The notes beneath the pieces are model-generated. The model worked only from the letters and a program-made list of their open reading frames with translations, ran no database searches and was not told the DNA's origin. 64,000 nt of DNA from Nitrospirota bacterium (lineage in GTDB: Bacteria > Nitrospirota > JACRHJ01): positions 96,001 to 160,000 of the forward strand of contig CAWJRJ010000020.1 in the NCBI GenBank assembly GCA_963845245.1. The letters run 5' to 3'. Positions within the stretch are counted from its first letter, which is position 1. Each line of letters begins with the position of its first letter. This document shows, piece by piece, positions 41,655 to 50,020 of this stretch. Made by a program: the position numbers and the translations under genes.

Positions 41655-41924
41655 TTATTCCTCTATCTTTCTTACCTTGAAGGTAAGCTTGCCGCCGTCC
41701 GGGCAAGTCGTTTTTATCTGTCCTTCAGAATCGGCGAATGGAAACTGTGCGCCGAATGTCCAGGCGTAGAGCACCGGGAAGAGTGAATGATATGCCCCGG
41801 CGCAAAAACCGTCAGGCGGCGTAACAAAATCCTTTACCTCAAAGCTGTCGCCTTGCTTGTAACCTTTGAAACATACCTTTTCCAGCTTGTCGACAGTCAA
41901 TACAAAACCTGGGAACTTCATCAT
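41655..41924 (-). CDS. TIGR04076-like Cys-containing small protein (paralog)
   Basis: C..YKQGD, PDGFCAGAYHSLFPVL, CPDGG..FK. Confidence 0.75.
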   Translation of the reverse strand: MMKFPGFVLTVDKLEKVCFKGYKQGDSFEVKDFVTPPDGFCAGAYHSLFPVLYAWTFGAQFPFADSEGQIKTTCPDGGKLTFKVRKIEE

Positions 41925-42922
41925 ATAGATGTCTCCTTTAGCAACTCTTCCCTGCTTATGAACCGTCCGCTTTCTTCAACGCGTTTAACCAGTTCTACCA
42001 TTTTCTTATTAATGCATGCCGGAAACCTGTGCTTCATTCCCAACACGGCTATCTCGCCGTTCAGGTAGTCGACCTCTGTGGTCTTGTGTCGCCTGATACT
42101 TTGGAGTACAGACCCGGGGAGCGGCTCTATCGAGAGGCTCTTCATTATGTTCCCGTACACCCCGGAGCTTATCTCCAGCGGAGCGTCAAGGAGAGACTTG
42201 AGCTTCTCAAGAGGCAGGTCGGGAAGAGCCCCAATCCTAATACCGGCCTTCTCCATGGTCTCGTATGCTTCTTTCATCATCATTACCCCGAGCCTGCACA
42301 AGCGCGGGTCCTCGAAGGTTTCCTGCAGGCTCATTCCCAGAACACATGCAACGGCGTTGTTGAGGTTTAATATCAGCTTTGTCCAGTGGATGCTGTGGAT
42401 GTCGTCACTAACGGAAACGTCAAAAGAGCCGTCAAGCAAAGCCCTGGCTTCGTTCACAATGTCCCTGCCGCTTCCGGAATCAAATGCCCTGCCTATAATC
42501 AGGCCGCCGGGGAAGTTGTATGTTACCCTCCCCGGTTCAATGTACGTCGCACCGTACATCACGACCGAGGAAACTATGTTTTCACTTCCCAGTACATCGG
42601 CGGCTATATTATCGCTCATCACGCCGTTTTGCATCGTGACGATCAGGGAGTCTTTTGAAAAGGGAAGCGCTTCACGCGCAGCCCTCTCCATGTCCTGTGT
42701 CTTGACAGCAAATATTGCAGCCTCCGGCTCAAAGTCGAGAGAGGTCCGTGAAGGCAAAGTGTATGTTTTAGCGCCAGCGGCATTATCTATGACCAGTCCT
42801 CTGTCATTGATTGCCGCAACCATGTCGGGCCTGCCGACCAGGGTCACGTCATGGCCCTTCTCAGAGAGCATTGCCCCGGTCACGCAGCCTATCGCGCCAG
42901 CGCCTATTACCGCTACTTGCAT
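41921..42922 (-). CDS. Ketopantoate reductase (PanE/ApbA) family reductase
   Basis: VIGAGAIG, AVKT, MQNGV, WTKL..N, S.LQS...TEVDYLNGEI. Confidence 0.85.
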   Translation of the reverse strand: MQVAVIGAGAIGCVTGAMLSEKGHDVTLVGRPDMVAAINDRGLVIDNAAGAKTYTLPSRTSLDFEPEAAIFAVKTQDMERAAREALPFSKDSLIVTMQNGVMSDNIAADVLGSENIVSSVVMYGATYIEPGRVTYNFPGGLIIGRAFDSGSGRDIVNEARALLDGSFDVSVSDDIHSIHWTKLILNLNNAVACVLGMSLQETFEDPRLCRLGVMMMKEAYETMEKAGIRIGALPDLPLEKLKSLLDAPLEISSGVYGNIMKSLSIEPLPGSVLQSIRRHKTTEVDYLNGEIAVLGMKHRFPACINKKMVELVKRVEESGRFISREELLKETSI

Positions 42923-44781
42923 GGGATACCCGTCTCCGTGTTCCAGCCGTGGCAGGCGTAGTATTCTGTCAGCATCCCGTCGTATTCATCCCTGTCAAGC
43001 CATGTATTCTTTGACTGCTCGTCCACCCCGTCCTGCCACTTCAGCGGCTCGAAATACCTCTGCGGCGGATAGTCGTCCTTGCGTGTAACACCTTCGCGAC
43101 AGATGAACGAACGCTCGATGTTATTTATTCCTACACCGGCATTAAAGATATCTTCAGGCGAGATATCGAGCCCGCTCCCGGCCTTTATCAACTTTGAAAA
43201 AACTCTGAAATCAAATACGCCCGGGTCCGGCAGACAGTGGAAGGCTAGAAGTTTGCAAAGACCCAGCGCGTCAAAAAGTGCCAGGTAGCTCTCCCACCAC
43301 CATACCACGCGTCCCTTACCTTTATATCCCATCGGGTCTGACTCGACAGGCCCGCCGTAAATCTGTTCTATGAAAGCGTTGTCGTACTCGAAGGCCTCCC
43401 ATGGGCAGCGGCTCCTCAGGTGGTCCGCGCCCCGTGTGGCTGTGGCTACTCCGAGTGCATAAGCCTTGATGAACCGCAGGTCCACCGGATCCGACTGAGG
43501 AAGGTTCTTAATCCAGATGATATGGTCCTTTGACTTTTCCCCGAACCTTTCCGATGCCTCCCTTGCGCCGTCCGCGAGGATATTGCCAAAGCCGCGCCTG
43601 AAGGCGATATCTTCAACCAGACGAAGTGCAGTATCCGGGTCGTTCCATTCAAGCTGCATACCACCTGTATCGGAAGGACCTATCAAGTCTTCCTTGTATA
43701 GCTCTATCGCCCAGGCCAGTATATTGCCTGCCGAACTTGCGTCCATGCCGAGCCTGTTCAAGCTTTCGTTTAATGCTAATATGGCTTCAACCGAATTTAT
43801 CCCGATGACCGGCCCCATACTGCCCATAACGCCGTACTCAGGACCTTCTCCGTTAAGGCCGGCATAACTGCCAGCCTTAATAGCATGGCTGTGCCGACAC
43901 CGCACCGGGCAACTCCTGCAGCCCTTCTTTCCGGTGTAATATTTCTCTTCCAGTATCTCGGGCGATACATCGCCCTCATCCTTCAAAACAGTTGAAAGGC
44001 CGTTGTAGACCCGGCCCATCTGGATATTGGTATTGATAACCCTGTACAGGTGCGCCGTGCCATAGCGTGCCATGTCGCCTATCAGAAACTCGTCCTTCAA
44101 CTTCCGGTTTATATCCCGTGTCAGCTCTCTGAACGCATCAGGATCATGAGGTGGCACCATCCCCGCATCCATCGCGACAACTGCCTTCAGGTTCTTCGTA
44201 CCCATTAGACAACCCATCCCTGTGCGCCCGGCTGCGTTCTTCTTGCCGTGCATTACACATGCAAACCGTACAAGGTTCTCGCCTGCAGGCCCGATGCATG
44301 CAATTTGTGCTTTGTCGCCCAATTCGGCATTAAGGGCAAACTGCGTCTCCTGCGTGTCCTTGCCCCATAATTTGGAGGCGTCCTTTATTTGCAGAGAGGT
44401 CTTATCGCCTTGCTTAGCAATTAGTATATAAACCGGTCTGTCGGCTTTCCCTGTAATAAACAGGTGCCTGATACCTGTCGATGCGAATGCCGACCCAAAC
44501 TCACCGCCTATGTTGGAATCACCGAGTAGGCTGGATTCAGGGCTTTTGCCTGTAATAGTTAGCCGGGCGGCAGCAGGGCCGGGCATGCCGGTGAGCATCC
44601 CCGCCCCGAAAATCAGCGGGTTGTCTGGGCTCATGGGGTCAAGCCCCTGTTTTGTATTTTCAAAGAGCAAGGCGCTGTTAATGCCGCGCCCGCCGATAAA
44701 CCTCTTGATAAGGTTCTCAGGAAGTTCCTCGATACGGTTCTCGCCGGTAGAGAGGTCTACGTATAAAATGCGGCTGGTCAT
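42913..44781 (-). CDS. Aldehyde:ferredoxin oxidoreductase family (W/Mo-bis-pterin, 4Fe-4S)
   Basis: IGGRG, KSP, IGPAGENLV.FA, GRTGMG.LMG.KNLKA, CRSCPVRC, EGPEY, GMD, RGADH, DALGLC, YY...GW. Confidence 0.92.
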   Translation of the reverse strand: MTSRILYVDLSTGENRIEELPENLIKRFIGGRGINSALLFENTKQGLDPMSPDNPLIFGAGMLTGMPGPAAARLTITGKSPESSLLGDSNIGGEFGSAFASTGIRHLFITGKADRPVYILIAKQGDKTSLQIKDASKLWGKDTQETQFALNAELGDKAQIACIGPAGENLVRFACVMHGKKNAAGRTGMGCLMGTKNLKAVVAMDAGMVPPHDPDAFRELTRDINRKLKDEFLIGDMARYGTAHLYRVINTNIQMGRVYNGLSTVLKDEGDVSPEILEEKYYTGKKGCRSCPVRCRHSHAIKAGSYAGLNGEGPEYGVMGSMGPVIGINSVEAILALNESLNRLGMDASSAGNILAWAIELYKEDLIGPSDTGGMQLEWNDPDTALRLVEDIAFRRGFGNILADGAREASERFGEKSKDHIIWIKNLPQSDPVDLRFIKAYALGVATATRGADHLRSRCPWEAFEYDNAFIEQIYGGPVESDPMGYKGKGRVVWWWESYLALFDALGLCKLLAFHCLPDPGVFDFRVFSKLIKAGSGLDISPEDIFNAGVGINNIERSFICREGVTRKDDYPPQRYFEPLKWQDGVDEQSKNTWLDRDEYDGMLTEYYACHGWNTETGIPCK

Positions 44782-44792
44782 GAATAGCCGGA

Positions 44793-45041
44793 TTACCCGG
44801 CAAGGTCCATGTTAAATCCGACCTTTGTCGCAGTATCCCTCATGAGCGCCTTGAAAGGAGTTGGGGTCTCAGATTCCAGGGCTCTTACAATATCGTGCTC
44901 TTCGACAATGTCAGAGTCCCGTTCGGACGCGTTCTCCTCGGCCTTTTTGGTGCCCATCCTCTCGGCCATTTTCCGCTGAAAAAACGGTATCAACGACAGC
45001 ATATTGTCGAATTTTGTTTTTGCCTCAGGCTCCCAGTCCAT
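44793..45041 (-). CDS. Stand-alone DUF2621/PCP_red-like helical protein, 82 aa
   Basis: W-x3-A-x10-IP-x3-R-x2-A...TP-x-PF, also present at the C-termini of two other cluster proteins. Confidence 0.7.
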   Translation of the reverse strand: MDWEPEAKTKFDNMLSLIPFFQRKMAERMGTKKAEENASERDSDIVEEHDIVRALESETPTPFKALMRDTATKVGFNMDLAG

Positions 45042-45043
45042 TG

Positions 45044-45481
45044 TCAGACCTCCACGTAATTTTTAAGCGAATTCAGAATAAGCATGATGTTTCTGTCGTG
45101 TTGCGCAAGTGAATATAATCTCCAGACCAGTCTGTTGACAGGTCCGACAACCTCGTAATCCATCATGAAATGCAGTTCACAAGCGTCTTCAGAGGGTATT
45201 ATATAAACCCTGTACACGCCGGTAAACATCCCGTCAACGAATTGCCACGATACCTCTCTGTGAGGCGTAGCCGATATTACCTCGACCTGCCACTCAGGCC
45301 CGAAAGGGACATGCACCTTCTGGCGAAACTTTGTACCTGGGGCTATCCTACTTCCTCCCGACAGGCGCGTATAGCGCATGGGCGACTCTTTCGGCCACCA
45401 CTCGGACTCGCCCCAGGAGAGCATCTCCCTGTATATTTTTTCCTGTGAAGCATTTACTATCATCGAGTGGTGGTTGACCAT
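45044..45481 (-). CDS. SRPBCC/START-like (polyketide cyclase-like) protein
   Basis: H..IVNAS.EKIY...W...WWP start, beta-strand pattern, C-terminal helix LNSLKNYVE. Confidence 0.7.
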   Translation of the reverse strand: MVNHHSMIVNASQEKIYREMLSWGESEWWPKESPMRYTRLSGGSRIAPGTKFRQKVHVPFGPEWQVEVISATPHREVSWQFVDGMFTGVYRVYIIPSEDACELHFMMDYEVVGPVNRLVWRLYSLAQHDRNIMLILNSLKNYVEV

Positions 45482-46900
45482 CTACCAGGATATCTCCTTT
45501 ATCTTCAGTTCGATATCCTTTTTGAAGGGCCTGGGCGTCGCTTTCAGCCATGCTGCAAAAACGATATCCCTGTTTATCCTCCCATTACCCGCCGCCGACG
45601 CAATTTCCGACTCTACCTTGCGGCCCGCGGCTTTTCTGAATATCCCCGGCACGAACTTCAATATCTCTTCATGCGTTTTCCTGGCGTCGTCGTCCCATAC
45701 GGAATCAGAAGAAACCGGCTCGTCCTCCTTGTATATATCTCCGGAGACAAGCGAATCAATGAGGGCTTCATACTTCCCGAGCAGCTCGGCAAGAGGCTCG
45801 CCGTCAACGGTCAATGCCCTCTTCGCGATCATGCCGCAAAAACCGCACTCTTCGCAGTCGCTTGTTGCGCAGTCCTTGGTCTTGAAGAAGCTCAGGAAGT
45901 TGGATGGTATCTTGGAGTTGTCAAGGGAGATACGCTCGCTGACCGGATAGTCCGTTATATCGGCGAACTCCATGAGTTTTGCGGTATTGACGTATTCGTC
46001 ACGCATGATGTATTCGAGGTTTGCTGGAAGAAACGCCTTTTTGCGAGGCAGGTTCAAAAGCTCCACGATGTTTCCATCGTATTTCCGTTTCGTGTAGGCA
46101 TCAAGATACGAGAGCAGTGTATCCGATGTCTTATATCTGTCAATTATCTTAAGGCAGTCGATCCCAACCATCTCGTAATCTTCAATGTCCTCCGGCCTTA
46201 TCCAACGTATCTTAACTATCTCGACCGGGTTCTTCATCTTGTCTTTTGTGCAGGAGAAGTAACAGTGGTCTACGAGGAAACCTTCGGAGCTATGGCCGCC
46301 CTGGGAGCCGTGGGTCATTACGTTTGCATGGTAGAAGGAGCGGGGACAGCCATAGAGGCAGCCCGGATTTGCGATGAGTATCAGCCTGCATTTCACGGCC
46401 TTCCTTATCGCCTCAAGCATCCTGAAATCCCGGTTTATCTCTTCGGAGAGCACGATAGCGTCGACGCCCAAGTCCTCGAATGCCTGAGCCCGCCTGACGC
46501 TTTCCACCCTCGCCCAGCTCGACACGTTAACCTTAAGGGAGGGGTAATGCTTCTTTATAATCTGCATAAGGTACGGGATGGTGACTGTAACCGAGTCTGC
46601 ACCGGTGTCGGCTACCCAGCCTATATGGTCCAGTATCCTGTGGTATTCGTCCTTCTGGTATTCTTTGTTGTCCAGACACGAGGCGTTCAGCAGGAAATTG
46701 AACCTGTGCCCCATAGAACGAGCCTCTTTTATATATTCCGCGGCATCATCCTCGGTAACTGCGGGCGCCACAAAGGATGCCCTGCCTCCGGATACGATGC
46801 TCCCGGGTACCCCGCCGAAAAGTTCGACTGGGGTAAACCCCTTGAGCCCACTCAAAAGCGTCTTATCCCAGTTGCAGGCAAGTTCAAAATCCATACTCAA
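45482..46900 (-). CDS. Peptidase U32 family Fe-S protein (UbiU/V, RlhA, TrhP-like hydroxylase superfamily) with an extra Cys motif and a C-terminal DUF2621-like domain
   Basis: GGR, FNFLLNASC, GADSVTV..PYL, INRDF, NPGCLYGCP...H, CYFSC, WIRPED, LKIIDR; CATSDCEECGFC. Confidence 0.82.
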   Translation of the reverse strand: MSMDFELACNWDKTLLSGLKGFTPVELFGGVPGSIVSGGRASFVAPAVTEDDAAEYIKEARSMGHRFNFLLNASCLDNKEYQKDEYHRILDHIGWVADTGADSVTVTIPYLMQIIKKHYPSLKVNVSSWARVESVRRAQAFEDLGVDAIVLSEEINRDFRMLEAIRKAVKCRLILIANPGCLYGCPRSFYHANVMTHGSQGGHSSEGFLVDHCYFSCTKDKMKNPVEIVKIRWIRPEDIEDYEMVGIDCLKIIDRYKTSDTLLSYLDAYTKRKYDGNIVELLNLPRKKAFLPANLEYIMRDEYVNTAKLMEFADITDYPVSERISLDNSKIPSNFLSFFKTKDCATSDCEECGFCGMIAKRALTVDGEPLAELLGKYEALIDSLVSGDIYKEDEPVSSDSVWDDDARKTHEEILKFVPGIFRKAAGRKVESEIASAAGNGRINRDIVFAAWLKATPRPFKKDIELKIKEISW

Positions 46901-47451
46901 GTTAATGTCTCCTTCTCCATCTTGCCGATGAATTCTTCAAGAAATCCTATTTCGGCGTGCGAGTGAGCAAGGTAATGCTCAGGTATTGAAACCAGATGTT
47001 GCGGCAGGCCCTTCTCTTTTGCCTCGTCCCTGTGACGTTCCGCTTCCTTATGGTAATCCTTAAGGTTTACTAGAAGCTCCCTAAGCTGCTCAAGGAACTG
47101 GCCCTTGTGTGATTCCTCAAGGAAATAAAGGGAGGTATCAAGCGCAAGGTGCGGCCTTTCGAAATTAGTGATGTTGAGTTTTATCAGCTTGTCGAAGGTG
47201 CCTATCCCTTCGTCGGTGATGTGGTATATCTGCTTTTCCGGGTGGGCGCTGTCCTTCAGGACGGTCTTTGAGACCAGACCCTTTTTTTCAAGGATCTTGA
47301 GGTTGTGATAAAGCGAGCCTGAGGTGATAGGGGATATATGGATCAGTTCTTCATCCACGAGCTGCTTAATCTCGTAGCCGTACATGGATTTCTTCTTAAG
47401 AAGCCCTAGCAGCAGGACTTCCTTTGACATGGTGGAGAAAAAACCTGCCAT
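46897..47451 (-). CDS. PadR family transcriptional regulator
   Basis: LLGLL...MYGYEIKQ, GSLYH.LK.LEK.GLV, K.IYHITD.G; ATGA overlap with the U32 gene. Confidence 0.9.
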   Translation of the reverse strand: MAGFFSTMSKEVLLLGLLKKKSMYGYEIKQLVDEELIHISPITSGSLYHNLKILEKKGLVSKTVLKDSAHPEKQIYHITDEGIGTFDKLIKLNITNFERPHLALDTSLYFLEESHKGQFLEQLRELLVNLKDYHKEAERHRDEAKEKGLPQHLVSIPEHYLAHSHAEIGFLEEFIGKMEKETLT

Positions 47452-47500
47452 GCCGGCCCCCTTTCGAATTATTGAAAAAAGCAGCTCTATTACGGATGAA

Positions 47501-47555
47501 ATAGTTTACGTAAAATATCCCGCTTATAATATCAGAAGGAGGTGAGACGAGTCAA
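47501..47555 (-). promoter_or_regulatory. Promoter and candidate operator of the PKS cluster
   Basis: Minus strand TTGACT (47550-47555)-18 bp-TATTAT (47526-47531) with TGn; imperfect palindrome ATAGTTTACGTAAAATAT at 47501-47518 just downstream. Confidence 0.55.
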
Positions 47556-48391
47556 GGCAAGAGTTGAGAAATTTTGGCAAGTATTTCAGATAACAACCTG
47601 TCAAAATCGGAACTGCTCTCCTGTGCGATTTCAAGCACTTCCGTATGGTGGAAGCCATCTTTTGAAAGCCCTGCGGCACGGTTCGAAACAAGAGATATGC
47701 CGAGGACTTTCATGCCAAGGTACCTTGCCATAATCACCTCGGGAATGGTTGACATGCTTACCGCATCAGCGCCAATGGCTTTTAACATCTTTATTTCGGC
47801 AGAGGTTTCATAGCAAGGCCCGGTCATTGCCGCAAGCACGCCTTTTTGGGCCTTGACGCCGGCCCTGGAGGCAGCATTGACAGCAAGGTCTATATATTCG
47901 GCATCGTATGCGCCAACCATATCGACAAACCTGTCCCGGCCGTCTTCGGCTTGAGGTACGCCAATGAGCGGGTTTGTGCCCATCAGGTTTATATGGTCTT
48001 CGATTATCATGAAAGAACCCGGCTCAAGACCATCCGATATCCCGCCGGACGCATTCGTCACTATTATGCTTGTTGCTCCAAGTACGTTCAGGACCCGGAC
48101 CGGGAAAGTGACTTCGGCCATCGACAGACCTTCGTAGAAATGAAAACGTCCCTGCAAAACGCCAATGCCACGTCCAAAAGCCTCGCAAAGAACCAGGTTA
48201 CCGGCATGCCCGGGGACGGAAGAAGTGCTGAAATGTGGGATGGATTTGTACGGGATTGTTGTTCTGTCTGGCAGGACTTGGGCCAGGCTTCCAAGTCCTG
48301 AACCAAGGACCACCGCAACCGAAGGCCTTATGGGTGACTTTGACCTGATGTAATCAGCAGCCTCTGAGACTTGACTAGTGTACTTTGTCAA
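47552..48391 (-). CDS. punA: Purine nucleoside phosphorylase (trimeric type)
   Basis: LGSGLG, VPGHAG, QGRFHFYEG, TNASGG, DHIN, GPCYET.AE, MSTIPE. Confidence 0.92.
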   Translation of the reverse strand: MTKYTSQVSEAADYIRSKSPIRPSVAVVLGSGLGSLAQVLPDRTTIPYKSIPHFSTSSVPGHAGNLVLCEAFGRGIGVLQGRFHFYEGLSMAEVTFPVRVLNVLGATSIIVTNASGGISDGLEPGSFMIIEDHINLMGTNPLIGVPQAEDGRDRFVDMVGAYDAEYIDLAVNAASRAGVKAQKGVLAAMTGPCYETSAEIKMLKAIGADAVSMSTIPEVIMARYLGMKVLGISLVSNRAAGLSKDGFHHTEVLEIAQESSSDFDRLLSEILAKISQLLP

Positions 48392-49254
48392 TTTTCCTAG
48401 GTCCAGTCCGGGTCTTTTGGGACTGGACCTCCCCGGGTATATCCTTTGAAAAAACTATATTCTTGACCGGGACGCCTTGCCTGCCATACGGTTTTAGTTC
48501 TTTGCCGTTATACTCTACCTTCACCCCACCGGCATTGCCGAGGTCCAGGTTTATCATTTCGTCGGCCATGATGGAGAGGCTTTCTCCTTTGTTTATGACA
48601 CCATGTTTTCTCTGACCTTTGTCCGCACTGTATGAATACCACGACTTATCCATAGCTATTAACTTTACCGACAGTGACGGCTTGGTTTGAGGCGCAGTCT
48701 CTTTAGGCATGACCTCTTTAACAGATGGTGTTGCGGGTTTGGAGGATGTCACCTGCCTGAAAGTATTGGCGGAGGTGGAAGGCACAAACGGTTTCGGAGA
48801 TGCTGCATGTACAGGTGCATCAGAGGTTGAAGTCGGCTCCGGTGCTTTATTTGAGGTAAGCATGATTGCCAGTACGGTGAGGATACCGCCAAGTATAAAG
48901 CCCGGCCACTATCAATACGGGCAGGGGCATCTTCTTGACGACCAAACCGTGCGGTATACGCATAAGCGAAGGTTTCGGCTTGTGCTGTGTCTTGACCTGT
49001 GAGTATGAAGGCTCCGCAGGGGGAGGGTTCAGTTGCCGGTATTTTGCAAGCATCTCATTCTCGGGGATACCCAGCTCCCTTGCGTAGGACCTCAGAAAAC
49101 CTGTGACAAAAACCTCGCCCGGTATGGAAGAATAGTCGTCCGCCTCAAGCGCAGTCAGAAACGACAGGCTTATGCGTGTCTTCTCGGCAATCTGTCTGAG
49201 TGTCAGCCCCTTGTCTTCTCGAGCTGCTCTTAGCTCTTCACCTAATGTAGCCAT
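48375..49254 (-). CDS. rodZ: RodZ-like HTH/DUF4115 membrane protein, frameshift near 48890
   Basis: LGEELRAARE...ALE.DD...GFLRSYA, transmembrane segment, C-terminal SW...LGNAGGV...NGK. Confidence 0.82.
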
Positions 49255-49260
49255 TTTCCC

Positions 49261-50020
49261 TTACTTTAACAGGTCGAAATATTTTTCAGCCGAGGCCGCA
49301 ACCTCCGAGCCAGGAGCTAATTCCTTTGTTTTTTGAAAACACGCCATCGCATCTGCGTTCTTACCAGTCTTGAAATACACAATGCCCAACTCGTAGTAGG
49401 CTGATGCATTGTTTGGGCTCAACTCAAGGGTCTTTTTATAATACTTCACAGCGTCGTCTACCTGACCCATCTTATAGTATTCGTTCGCAAGGTTTTGCAT
49501 TGCCCGAGTCATTGTCAGGCTGTACAAGGAGCGCCTCCCTGAAAGACTGCGCCGCCATCTCGCTGTCGCCCATGGAGTCATATGCAATGCCCATGTTTAC
49601 GAGGGCAGAGTCACGCGACTTGTAGAACGTATTTCCAATCGCCGCTTTGAACTCTTTTATGGCCTGCGCGTAATCCTTATTTTGAGCGTAGATCAGTCCC
49701 AGGTTGTTGTGGGCATCCGCATAACCAGGATCCAGGGAGAGAACTTTCTTGAACTCCTTTAAGGCAGCCTCAAGGTTACTCTGCTTGTAGTGGACAACGC
49801 CGGCAGCAAAATGCGCGTCCGCGTTGCTTGAATCCTTCTCTATCGCGCGGTTGAACTCGTATAAAGCAGCCTCATAATTCCCGGACTGCATGCGGTTGAG
49901 GCCCATTTTATAGTGCGAAATGGCCTCTTGAGCCGGGGTGATACGATTTCCGGCGCAACCGGATGACAGGGCAGCCAACAATATCATTGAAACCGCAAAT
50001 ACGAGTATCTTAGAGGTCAT
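49261..50020 (-). CDS. TPR lipoprotein (PilF/PilW-like), frameshift near 49500
   Basis: Lipobox LSSGC, TPR repeats (AHNNLG), adjacent to rodZ. Confidence 0.75.

Noticed and set aside
45467..46966. 499 aa plus-strand ORF, and other long plus-strand ORFs such as 29..910, 42078..43088 and 62041..62976
   Set aside because: Antisense shadows of well-supported minus-strand genes, with no recognisable motifs.
28394..47551. PKS cluster as an integrative island inserted at tRNA-Phe
   Set aside because: The position next to the tRNA 3' end is suggestive, but I found no integrase or transposase and no repeat of the tRNA 3' end at the far boundary (47452-47551).
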